Source: the human T2T-CHM13v2.0 reference genome, Homo sapiens
Assembly: GCF_009914755.1 (NCBI RefSeq)
Contig: NC_060926.1
Length of the DNA stretch: 64,000 nucleotides
Strand: one strand, 5' to 3'
Positions 26,851-41,065 of this stretch are shown piece by piece. The notes beneath the pieces were generated by a model. The model searched no databases. It saw only the letters and a list, made by a program, of their open reading frames with translations, and was not told where the DNA came from. A program made the position numbers and the translations under genes. Each line of letters starts with the position of its first letter. Within the stretch, counting starts at the first letter, position 1.

Positions 26851-27682
26851 AACACAGAACCTGAAATGAAACTGTGTCTTCCTCCTTCCATCTTCCATGT
26901 CTATGACTTCAAGACTGATTCCTTCCTGATTGTCTCTGATCTAGCCTTCCTTCTGTGGCTCTCAATTATTTGGAGAATAGGAGTGAAAGCCTAACTAATC
27001 TAGGTTGCAGGAAATCATTTGCAACTCTTAATAGAAGACAAGACTAAATTCCTAATGTCAAAGCACAAGAATTTCTGTGCAACCAACTCCCTGAAGGTTT
27101 CCCCAGCGTTGAACCAAGGCAATCTTAAACACTTCTCATGAAAACACCTTCTTCAGATTTTCTTGCACCCTTCCTCTCCATGGGGTTCATATAAAGTCGT
27201 GGTTAGAAAAGAGTCAGAAACCACGCTGTCCTCTCCATCTTAAACTTCACCATCTTCCCCACCAGCTACCGCACAGTCATCTCCCTCTTCTGCCCTTTAA
27301 GTACAGAAGCCCAATGGAAATCAGTGCCTCTAAAGACTCATCTGCTTTCCCTAGAAGACCTAACATATATGTGCATGTACAATCCAACTCAAAAAAGTGT
27401 TACTCTTATAATATTTATGTCTTTGGAGAATATTTAAGTTCTAAGTTCTAAGGAAATACCAGGAGTTGTATTTTGTTTCTCTAATGGAAAGTCTAATATA
27501 TGTGGGGTTTTGTGGAGTTTTTTTTTTTTTCTTCATCTGTTTCTAGTGCTCCTTTTCTTAATCCATTTAGGATGCACATTCTTCCAAGCAATCACTGTAC
27601 CAAGAATTACTAATAGGAGAATAGCATATGCTCATTATATCTGAAAACTAAATTACGCATTTTGTTTACTACATTTTTAAAG

Positions 27683-27796
27683 GTAGAAGTGTCCAAGTTT
27701 GAAGCTTTGGAAGAAGTCAGTGCTGAACTGAAGCTCAAACAATTGCTCTGGGATTCTTTCTCTGAATGGGATAAACTCCAACAAGAATGGTTAAAG
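27683..27796 (+). CDS. DNAH6: Exon F (VEVSKFEAL...QQEWLK), 114 nt
   Basis: taaag|GTA...AAG|gtaggg; overlaps ORF 27662..27844. Confidence 0.92.
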
Positions 27797-29392
27797 GTAG
27801 GGGAAAAAAGCCTTCAGTTCTCAAATTATTTTTGTATGAATTAATCTTAAAATTCTAATAATTTGAATTATAACTTTTAACAATCTGGTGCTTTTCTTAA
27901 TGTCAGTAAAATATGCAATGGTATCATTTTCTGATAATTTTTATAAGCTTTCCAGTGAAAGGCACAAAGGTCCTTATGTCACTGTATGCTACAGAGCAGG
28001 AAGTATTCTTGTAAGCCAGGCTTCTCAGGTCCTCCATATTAGAAGGCTACATAGTGGAAGCATCAATGGACAATGCTGTATGACGTTTAATCACTTTGTG
28101 GTTTCTAAACACAATGTTGTCATCATACACTTCAGTGTTCTTGAGGATTGTAGGATTTTATTTGTGATCTACACACTTTAGATTTCTATTTTTGTTGTCC
28201 TTTAAAAAAGGAAGCCATTTTGTTCACTGTAATAGGATAGAGTGATAAAATCTAGGATCTTCCTTTGAGAGCTCAATAGTAAACTTTTTAAATTAGAGAG
28301 CCAAATATCAACAGCCATCAGAGAGTTTTGTTTCTAGGATCTACCCTATATTCAATCCTTAACAAAGGTCAACTCTCTACAAGGCAAAATAGATGGCCAC
28401 CTATACTTTCAAGTGTGGTATGGACATGTTAGAAATACTATCAACCTCACAAATATTGTTTTACACTTCTTATTCATCCTTCCTGTGCTGATGCCTATAA
28501 TTAGAAGGCACATGTCTTGGTTAAAAAACAGTAACATGGGAAATATGTTCCAGGTAATGTTCTAGGTGCTGGGAGTACCAGTGGAGAATAAGAAGAACAA
28601 AGTTCAAACGTAGAACTCTTTGGTGGAGAAAATAGAAAATAAAAAACAAATATATGCTATAACACCAGACAGTTTTAAGTGCTCTCCTTTAACTCATTTA
28701 TCAATTATCTCAGAAGTAAGAAAATATTCTTGAGAAGAAGCAGCTTAAAGGATTTTCTGATTACCACCATGGATTAGAGCAGTGGCTTCCACCGTAGGAT
28801 GCATTCACCCTAGGAAATGCACAAGAAAACACACTAGGGAGCAGAAGAAAAATGATGGACTTAGAAAAAAAGAAAAATGAAGGTTTACAAATTTTCTACT
28901 GCCATCAATATATATGTGTGGCTATCTGACATGTCAATATATGTGTATATTTATATGTTTACATAATTGAGAAAAACAATTATAGATCTGTAAGTATATA
29001 GATCTATAATTTTATGAATAATTTATGAATTTAAAATATGTATGTTAAACAGGTATATAATCAAATAATAGAAGACTACTAGGTGAGAAATTTCTGGTTA
29101 GCAAGAGTAAAAAAATAGCTATTTGTCTCCTTAGAGGACTTTATGAATATTGACCCTCAGAAATAAATTACGGAGATTCCAGTACTACATTTGATGATGT
29201 GGGAGGCAAGAACATGAAAGGAATAAACAGGTGATGCTGGATATATAATGTTATTAGCAATTTAATAAGTAAAGCCATTTCCAAAAGCATAGTGTAGATT
29301 TGGATTAACTTTTAAAAGTTTTTTTAGTATTTCAAACTTGACTTTTACTTTATGTTTTAACTTGTTTTGCTTTGTTTTTAAATTTTTCATAG

Positions 29393-29536
29393 TCCAAATT
29401 TGATTGCCTGGATCCAGAAGTCCTAAACGGTCAAGTTTCTAAATATGCTAAATTTGTGACTCAACTGGAAAAAGGCTTGCCACCCAACAGTGTAGTGCCC
29501 CAGCTCAAATACAAGGTGGAAAAAATGAAAGAAAAG
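29393..29536 (+). CDS. DNAH6: Exon G (SKFDCLDPE...EKMKEK), 144 nt
   Basis: catag|TCC...AAG|gtaagg. Confidence 0.92.
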
Positions 29537-30019
29537 GTAAGGTTGGTAGAAGTTATTTCAAAAACTGTAGGCCAGTTGGTTATTAATTGATGCTAATGAG
29601 ACCAAAATCAGGAATTTTTCCCTGATTAAGTTAGTCAGCTTTGCAGACAGAAAAAACAATAGTCAAATTCATTTTTTTGCAGTGGCACAGACTGCATTCC
29701 TGTCTTCATTTGGCCAAATCATGCAGTTGAATACTGTGGTTAGGAGGGGCATTCAGAGTGTTTCCCAAGTGGTAAGGGAAATAGTGCAGGAATAGGTTGT
29801 AGTTATGCTAAGATACTGATGTGCTCAAACCCTTAGGGAGCCAGATGAGGCTGGGGTAGACTTGTCCAATCGGCCTTGTCCATTTGCATCAGTGCACCAC
29901 ACAACTATGCCATTTTCCAGATGTGCTATGATGTGAAGGAAGTTGGGAAGCCAGGCTGCAGGTGTACAGGTCTGAATTTTTGAAACCATCTCAGCTAAGC
30001 CAGTGCTTGAAATGGTTAA

Positions 30020-30414
<395 letters not shown>

Positions 30415-30999
30415 TAAAAAAAAAAAAATGTGGAGAAGAAAAGTAAGCAAAGCTTCAGACACAATGAGAAGAAAATTTTCCAGCTTGAAAAGAGTGTTAT
30501 TTGCATAATATTTTTCCCTTTAGCTTACAATATCTAGTCAAAACACTTTCCCAAGTTGTTTAGGTCAGCTTCTTTCTTTATTGCCTTTAGTGTGATTACA
30601 TCATATAATTGTAAACAAATTTATTTGTTAAAGTCTGCATTCCATCTTGGGTTCCCTCGAAATCCTAGTTTATATTTTTTTAAACTTGAATACAGTAGAG
30701 GTCACTTTTTGTGGCATACAGTTCTATGGGTTTTTACAAATGGGTAGAGTAATGTATCCAATACAATAGTACCATACAGAACAATTTCATTATCCTAAAA
30801 ATTTGCTTGTATTGTCCCTTTGTAGTCAGCCTTTCCCTCTATCACAATTCCACACAACCACTGATCTGTTTTCTGTCTCTATAGTTTTGCCTTTTACAGA
30901 ATATTATATAAATGAAATAATACAACATGCAGCCTTTTGGGTCTGGATTCATTCACTCAGCAAAATGCATTTAAGATCCCTCTATGTAGTTGTACCTAA

Positions 31000-32175
<1,176 letters not shown>

Positions 32176-32479
32176 TGAGTTCTGTCTCATTTTGTAGTGA
32201 TTTTTAATAAAGCTGCTATAAACTTTCATGTACAGCTTTTTGTTTTGTGTGAACATGAGTTTTCTATTAACTTGGGTAAATAACTAGAAGTAGGATTATT
32301 AGGTTGTATAGTAAGCATATGTTTAACTTTATAAGAAGTTGCCAAAATGTTTTCCAAAGAACTGCAACATTTTGGCTTTTCACTAGCAATTTATGAGAAT
32401 TCCAGTTTCTCCTCATCATCACTAGCCCTTGTTATTTTGAGGGACCTTTTTGTTTTGTTTTTTGATTTCAGTCATTCTA

Positions 32480-32813
<334 letters not shown>

Positions 32814-33979
32814 GTCATAATTTGCATTTTTCTAAATACTGATAATGTTGAACATCTTCTTATATGCTATTTGCCATCCATCTATATTCTTTGATTAAAT
32901 GTCTGTTCAGATCTTTTGCCCATTTTTAATTGGGTTGTTTGCTTGGTTATAATTGAGTTTTAAGAGTTATTCATATATTCTGCATAAAAGTTTTTTTTCA
33001 GATATTAACTTGAAAATATTTTCTTCCAGTCAGTTGCTTGTCTTTTCAGTTCCTGTACAGTGATTTTCACAGAGCAAAAAGTTTTAATTTCAATAAACTC
33101 TAATTTATAATTTTTTTCTTTTATGATCAAGCTTTTAGTATAGTATCCAAACACTTTTTTTTCAAACTTAAGGTCACACATATTTTCTCTATGTTTCTTC
33201 TGTTAGAAGTTTAAAGGTTTTGTTTTCTATGTTTAGGTATATGATCTATTTTGAGTTAATTTTTTCATAAATATGAGGTATCAAGGTGTACTTTTGTACA
33301 TATTATATCCAATTAAAGGAACAGCATTATTTGAAATGATTATTTTTTCTTCAGTCATTATTTGGAAATGACTATCCTCCCCAGGCACTCTTCTCCATTG
33401 ACTCACCTTTGCACATTTGCCAAAAGTCAATTGACTATATTTTTTAGTCTATTTCTGGACTCTGTTCTGTTTCATTGTTCTATAAGCCTATTCTTTCATC
33501 AATACTACACTTTCTTAATTACGATAGCTAGTAAGTGTTGAAATCAAGTAGTCTTAATCCTCCAATTTTGTTCTTCCTTTTTACAATTATTTTGTCTATT
33601 CTAATTCCTTTGCCTTTCCATATCTATTTTATATTTAGCTTCTCAATATCTATAAAACTGTCTTATGGTCCAAAAACATACTTTTATGATTTCTGTCCTT
33701 TTAAATTTTTTAAGGTTTGTTTTATAGCCCAGAATATGGTCAATTTTGTTGAATTTTCCATATGCACTTTAGAAGAATGTGCATTCTGCTGTTGCTCAGT
33801 GATCATTCTACAAGTGTTAATTAGGTGGACTTGGTTGGTGGTGGTGTTCAGGTCATCTATACCCTTGCTGATTTTCTGCCAGCTTGTTCTGTTAGGGACT
33901 CAGAGAGGAGTGTTGAACTCTCTAACTATAATTGTGGGTTTACCTAATTCTCCTTTCCATTCTATCAGTTTATGCATTT

Positions 33980-35135
33980 TTTAATATACTTTTATTTCAG
34001 AATAGTTTTAGATTCATAGAAAAGTTATAACAATAATACCAAGGGTTCCCATATACTCCACATTCCATTTCTTTTATTAACATATTACATTAGTATAATA
34101 CATTTGTCACCACTAATGTACCAATGTCAATACGTTATTAGTAACTAAAGTCCATGCTTTATCTGAGTTTTTTTAGTTTTTACCTAACATCCTTTTCTTT
34201 TTCCATCCCAAGATTTCATCCATGATAAAACATTACATTTAATTGTCATGTCTTCTTAGGCTCTACTAGGCTGTGACAGTTTCTCAGACTTTCCTTGTTT
34301 TTTATGACCTTGATCATTTTGAAAAGTACTGGTCAAGTAATTTGTATAATATCCTTCAATTTGGATTTGTCTGAGATTTTTCTCATAATTACACTGGAAT
34401 TATAGATTCTTACAAAGAAGACAAGACAGGTAAAGTACCATTTTCATCACATCATATCCAAAATACATGCTATCAACATGACTTTTCACTGATGGTGTTC
34501 AGCTTGACCACATGGCTGAAGTAGCATTTGTCTTAACTGTACGGTTACTACTGCCCTTTCCATACTGTATTCTTTGAAAGGAAGTTACTACGCACAGCCA
34601 TACTTAAGGGGTGGAAATTTCTGTTCCACCTCCTAAAAACATTGACACCCCAGTAGCAATGAGCATAATTTGTATCCAGATTTTCATTTTTAATACTATA
34701 AGGTATAATACTATAAGGAATAATAACACTATATTATTATTATAGTATAATAATAATAATATACTATAATAATATTATAATAATAATGTTATTATTATAC
34801 TATAATAATAATGTTATTATTATACTATAAGGAATCCTTGTAGAAATGGCTGATTATATGGATGAGTCAGGAAATATACAAGATGAACCTGGAGCATCTT
34901 GAGGTGCTGGGAAGTAAGAAAGAGCTCAGAAAACAAAATGATGGGAGAATATCAAAAGGGCAAGGAAGACTTAATGGCCAAAGCCATAAGAATTTTAGGC
35001 AAAAAAAATGTAGTATTGTATTATAACCCAAGTTATAAAGTAAATATCCATGAATTCATACTGATATAAATGAGTGATTGAATGAATGAGTGAATAACTT
35101 TATGATGATACTGCCACCTCAAGATAGTGGTGCTT
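33980..35135 (-). mobile_element. L1MC-type 3' element with an inverted 5' part
   Basis: Antisense 3' end at 33980-34633 joined to a sense upstream segment at 34640-35135. Confidence 0.65.
34692..34835. repeat. AT-rich palindromic/tandem low-complexity tract
   Basis: Two tandem copies of tataataataatgttattattatac at 34776-34825. Confidence 0.9.
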
Positions 35136-38093
35136 GATTTATTTTGATGTTCTGTTGTTGGACATGTGCACATTTAGTATTGTTACTTCTTTTTGAGGAA
35201 TTGACCCCTTCATCATTATGAATTTTCTCTCTTATCTCTGATAAGATTCCTTGTTCTAACATTTACATTTTCTGAAATTAACATAGCTAGTTCAGCTGTC
35301 TTTTAGTGTTTGTGTGATATGGCTTTCTGCATTTTTTACTTTTAACTTATCTGTGTTTTTATATTTAGAATAGGTTTTTTTAGATAGCATAGAATTGATT
35401 CCTATTTTTTTATCCAGTCTGACATTCTTAGTCCCTTAACAGGTGTGTGTAGACCATTCACATTTAAAGTCATTATTTATACAGTTGGATTGAATCTACC
35501 ATCTTGCTAGCTGTTTTATTTATTCTATTGGTTCTTTGTTTCTTTTTTCTCTTTTTGTGCCTTTTAATTTAATTGCATATTTTATGATTCCATTTTATCT
35601 TCTCAATGAGATTATCATTCATACCACTTTTTCAATAATTTTTAGAAACAATTTTTTAGAAAATTGTTTAAAATTGTTATCCTAAGCTTAAAATATAGAT
35701 TTATAATTAATCCGAATCAATTATTTTACTATTTCACATGTACTGTAAAGACCTTATAATAGTACACACCCAATTAATTCCTCCATACATTCTTTGTGCT
35801 GATGTTATGTCTATATTTACATATACTATAAATATAACTTATTTTTACTGTTTTTGCTCCAGTTATCTTTTAGAGCAATAAAAATAAGAAAGAAAATGAA
35901 TTTTACTTTACCAGTATTACATTTCCAGTGTTCCTCATTGCTTTGTGTGGATCTAAGTTTCTGACTCATAACATGTTCATTCAGCCTAAAGAATATCCTT
36001 TAATATTTCTTATAGAGTATGTATGCTAACGATTAATTTCCTCGGTTTTTATTTTGAGGAAGTCTTTATCCTTTAGTTTTGAATGATATTTTCACTGGGT
36101 ATATAATTCTGAGACAACAGTTTTTGTTTCTGTTTTTCCTTCAGTAATTTGGAGGTATTCTTTTCTTGTTTGCATGATTTTGGACAAGCAGTCTGCTGTA
36201 GTTTTAAATTCTCATTGTTCTATAGATGTTGTGTCCCTTTTTTTTTTTTTTTTTTTTTTTTTGGTCTGGCTACTTTCAAGATTTTCTCTTCATCTTGATT
36301 CTCATCAGTTAGGAGTAGAGTATGCCTAGGTGTGCATGTGCTATTGTTACTGTTCAAATTTATTTTGCTTGATGTTCTCTGAGTTTCTTGGATCTGTGAT
36401 TTGGTGTTTGTTTTTAATTTTGAAAATTTTTGCAGCTGTTATTTTTCAAGCATTTCTTCTGCTCTGTTTTCTGTCTCTCTTCTCCTTCTATGATTTCTAT
36501 GATATGTACTTTAGGCTGTTTGACATTGTCCCACAGGTCTTGGATGCTCTGTTTTTTTTTTTTTTTTCTTTTCCCTCTTTTTTCTCTGTGTGTCAGTTTC
36601 TGGAATTTATACTCACTTATCTTCAAGTTCATTCATTCCGTGGCTGTGTTAAACCCTTTAAAGGCATTCTTTATCTCTTATACTGTTTTTTTTATTTCTA
36701 GCATTTTTGTTCGATTTGTAATTGTATTTTCCACCTCTCTGTTGACATTTCCCAACTGATTTTGCTTTTCTATCTTTTCCATTAGAACCTTTAACATGTT
36801 AATCATAGTTATTTTTAATTATCTACTTCCAACATGTGTGTCATTTCTGGGTCTGATTATTGCCTTGCCTCTTAGATGTGTGGTTTTTCTTGCCTTTTCA
36901 CATGCATCTTAATTTTTTGTTCAAAGCCAGGTATCTTATATAGTACAGTAAATACCAAAGCAAATAATATTTGTGCTTGGAAATGAGCATGCCTCTTCTT
37001 CTACTTGGATTTTTGTGCAACATGTTGCATTAAATCTAATTAGGAATTGGGCTAGGTTTAAGGGTTGATGTTGCTATGGTTACCCTCAGTGCACCACAGG
37101 CTTCAGATTTTTCTAGTGATACCTCGAATTTCGGGTTGGGCTGGTTTACCAAAGGTTATTTTCTCAATTTCTATTTTCCTCTGACCTTGGGTCTTCCCTT
37201 TGTGTTGTGCTCACTGAGAATCTGTCACCCGCAGCTTTCCACTCTGTATCCCACTGCTATTTTTACTCAGTATTTGATAACATGGTGGCAGAGGTGAGAA
37301 GGAACATTCCCTCATGTTCTCATTAAACCTTCATCTTACGAGGCACTGTAACTCTTTTTCTCAGAATTCCTATCACAGGTGCTCCTCCCCCTTTTCCAGC
37401 TATAGTGCTGAGCCTAGCACTTATTTTTGTCCCTCCCTCAAGGGTAAATTGTTTTTTTCCATGTTCTATTTCTCCAGTTATAGGAAGAGATATCTTCAAT
37501 GAGTTATCACTAGTGCCTTAAGGTGGCACAGTTTGTTACACTTTTCCCTGTACATCAAGGGATTTGTTCCACAAGGGAGCTAAGGCAGATAAATTTGTTG
37601 GAGCTACTATAATGGACGCTGTTTCCCTCCCCAAGCCAGCATCATAAGGGAAGCTTTCTTGGGAGTCCTTTCAGTCTTCACTGTCAATTTCCACTGTATT
37701 TGTAGGCTCAGAGGTTTTCCATTCTCATTCTACCCCGCACTTAATATTTAGCGCTCTATTTTTAAAATTTAGCTGAATCTTCTTAATAGTTTGTATGTCA
37801 TCCCAAGGAATCTGCCCCAGGTAGGAAAATTTTCAGTTGCTGTTTCTCCTTGTGGAGAAACCTGTCGGTATCAATCTCTCTCCAAATTTGGAGTTGGTTC
37901 TGCCCCCGCAAACTTGGTTTTCTAATAGGCTCAATTAGAGTCATTAATTTGCAGTCATCCAGATTTTGCTCTGTGGAAAGAGGGTAAGTGGTGCTCTTTT
38001 CCAGCTCTCTACATGCACAAATTGAAACCAGAACCTGTGGGTTATATTTTTAAGATAAAAAGCTTCATGTCTCTGAGAGTGTTTGTTTTTCAG

Positions 38094-38306
38094 CTTCCAG
38101 TTATCATTGACTTGAGGAACCCGACTTTGAAGGCAAGACATTGGGCAGCTATTGAACAAACAGTTGATGCCACTCTAGTGGATGCTGAAATTCCATTAAC
38201 CTTGGAGAGGCTCTCCCAGTTGCATGTTTTTGACTTTGGTCAAGAAATCCAGGACATATCTGGACAGGCTTCTGGAGAAGCTGCCTTAGAAGCAATTCTT
38301 AAAAAG
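38094..38306 (+). CDS. DNAH6: Exon H (LPVIIDLRNPTLKARHW...EAILKK), 213 nt
   Basis: ttcag|CTT...AAG|gtaaat; conserved L.NP.L..RHW dynein motif. Confidence 0.95.
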
Positions 38307-38820
38307 GTAAATCTGGAATATATATTTATCTATATACCATTAGGGAATGTGAAAGTTTTCAGATTCAACATTTGGTGATCTGGATGTTTTTTTCAACATT
38401 GCAGCTTTCACTCTCTCATTATCAGTCATCCCTCTGTTGTTTCCTTACAACAGATATTACTGTTATCACCTCTAAAAATCTCCTCCTTCTGCTTATCCTA
38501 TAACACATAGGAACTTGATGGCCACAAGGTTTGAAATGTGCATGCTTATATAAGAAATCATATACCAAGAATGATCTTTTAAACCCAAATACGTTATCTT
38601 CCAAGCTACCAGAGAAATCTGTTAAATGCTTCAAAAGACATTAAGATTTTCCTAGTTATGATACTATCTCCTTACCCCAAAAATATATACACACCTACTA
38701 ACCCTCTGCATAAAAGGAATTCTTTTTCTGTCAAAGTATATGTGTTAATGTCAATCAAATAAAATTAAGCAAATTAGTGTCATCTATCCAAGAAGAAGAT
38801 TTTAAGAATTTTAAAGGGCA

Positions 38821-39185
<365 letters not shown>

Positions 39186-39253
39186 TCACGTGCATTTATT
39201 GAGTATCTAAACACACTGAATTTAGATATCCTAAGGCTTGAATTATTTCTAAG

Positions 39254-39346
39254 GTGGAGGACTCTTGGAAAACAACTGAATTTGTCATTCTGCCTCACCG
39301 TGACTCCAAAGATGTGTTTATACTGGGCGGCACAGATGACATACAG
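39254..39346 (+). CDS. DNAH6: Exon I (VEDSWKTTEF...TDDIQ), 93 nt
   Basis: ctaag|GTG...CAG|gtgggt. Confidence 0.93.
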
Positions 39347-40729
39347 GTGGGTAACTGGGTTATTGAAAACTTATGGTAAAGATCCCAGCCACACCTAGTC
39401 TTAAATCTTCTGTGAGAGATTATGATGAGGGAATAAAACATGAGAGTCACTTAATAAGAAAAATCTAATTGGGAAAGCAAAATGAATGCAAATAATTGAC
39501 GTGAATGCTTGTACGTGAAATATTTAACAAAGCATTAAAAATTTCATATATATGTAAGAGTTGCAACCTGTAGTTGGTAACTATTGAGGAATTTAGAAAA
39601 ACAAAGAGAACAGTTACAGCTGAAGTGATCAGAGCATTTTCCCTAGACCAGTCATAACAAGCTGGATCTTAAATATTAGATGGGATTTGAAAGACATAGA
39701 AAAAAAAATAAAGGGCACTTCAAACCCTGTAAACAAGGCAAAGAAACCTGAATGAGCATTTCCTGTTTATAGCACACGAAAAGGCTAAATTCACTTGAGT
39801 TTATTGGAATTAGGAAACAATGGCCACGCTCTGTCAACCACAAAAGAAAATAAATCTAATTCATGTGTTTGGAATAGTCTTTCTCATTTAAAATATGAAG
39901 GCACATTTGTTTAGCAAAGGGAGCTGGGTCACATAGCCCAACTTAAAAGGCAAAGCCCTGGCCTAATAGGGTGTATCCAGGCCAGAATTAGAGATAAAAT
40001 AGCTTTTCCAGGTGTAGGTTGGAAGAGAAAGACCAGACATCACTCTGCGCAGGGGATGGGAGAGCAGACTCAAAGAGGTCAGTAAGTTTAGGCCAATTGA
40101 TGTCATGTGGTGAGGGTTCTACTCTCAAAAAGCTTATAATTGAAATGGACCATTAAATCTTTCAGATTAACAAGCACATTTTTAAAAATTCACATGCTCC
40201 GTGAGAGATGCTGTTGTATAAAGGGGAGTAGTAGGGGAGGGAGGTGGAGGAGAAACTCTATAACCATTCAGAGCTTGATATGAATGAGTTCAATTCTCTC
40301 TTCCTTGAGATAATTGAGAGAAAGTGATAATTCATTGGACAGAAGACAGCTAATTTTGCCAGTATATGATATTTTGAGAAATAAAGGCAAGCCCAGGTGA
40401 CCAAATTGTGTTAAGAAGGTAAAAGTTACCTAATAGTGAAGGGAGAGAGGAAAAGAGTGTCAAACCAAACAAAAACTTGTGCCATTATTAATTACAGGAT
40501 CAGCAGAAATTTGTCAATCAGAAGTCCTAGGTGACCTTTGAAAGAACATCATGGTGCCACAAGGATGTGAATAATGAAGGGAAATTGATGAGTAGGAAAC
40601 AGTAAGAGGGGCTAAGCTATTAATTCAAAGAGTTGACTTTTAAGTAGACACTTGGGATTATGTATCTGAAATATTACTGAAAGCACAAATACCGGGTGCT
40701 GCATGTATTTTCTTCCCCTTCCTTTAAAG

Positions 40730-40849
40730 GTCCTTCTTGATGATAGCACCATCAATGTTGCAACTCTTGCCTCATCACGTTACCTTGGTCCACTGAAAAC
40801 TCGAGTGGATGAATGGCAAAAACAACTTGCTTTATTTAATCAAACACTG
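40730..40849 (+). CDS. DNAH6: Exon J (VLLDDSTIN...FNQTL), 120 nt
   Basis: taaag|GTC...CTG|gtgagt. Confidence 0.94.
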
Positions 40850-41065
40850 GTGAGTAAGAATAATTTCGATTCATACACTCAGAGAATTGGAGAGTCACAA
40901 GGACCTTAGAAATTATTTGTTTCATTATTTAAATATTATATGGTTTTAAAATGTAAGTTTTAATTGTGGACATGTTATTGTGTTTAGAATGTAAGGGAAA
41001 TGCATAGGTATTAAGCTCTTCTTTAAATAATTACACAGCTTAATGCTATTACCATCACCCTTGCA

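Noticed and set aside
33535-36759. Phe/Leu-rich ORFs resembling membrane proteins
   Set aside because: They are readings of T-rich antisense L1 sequence.
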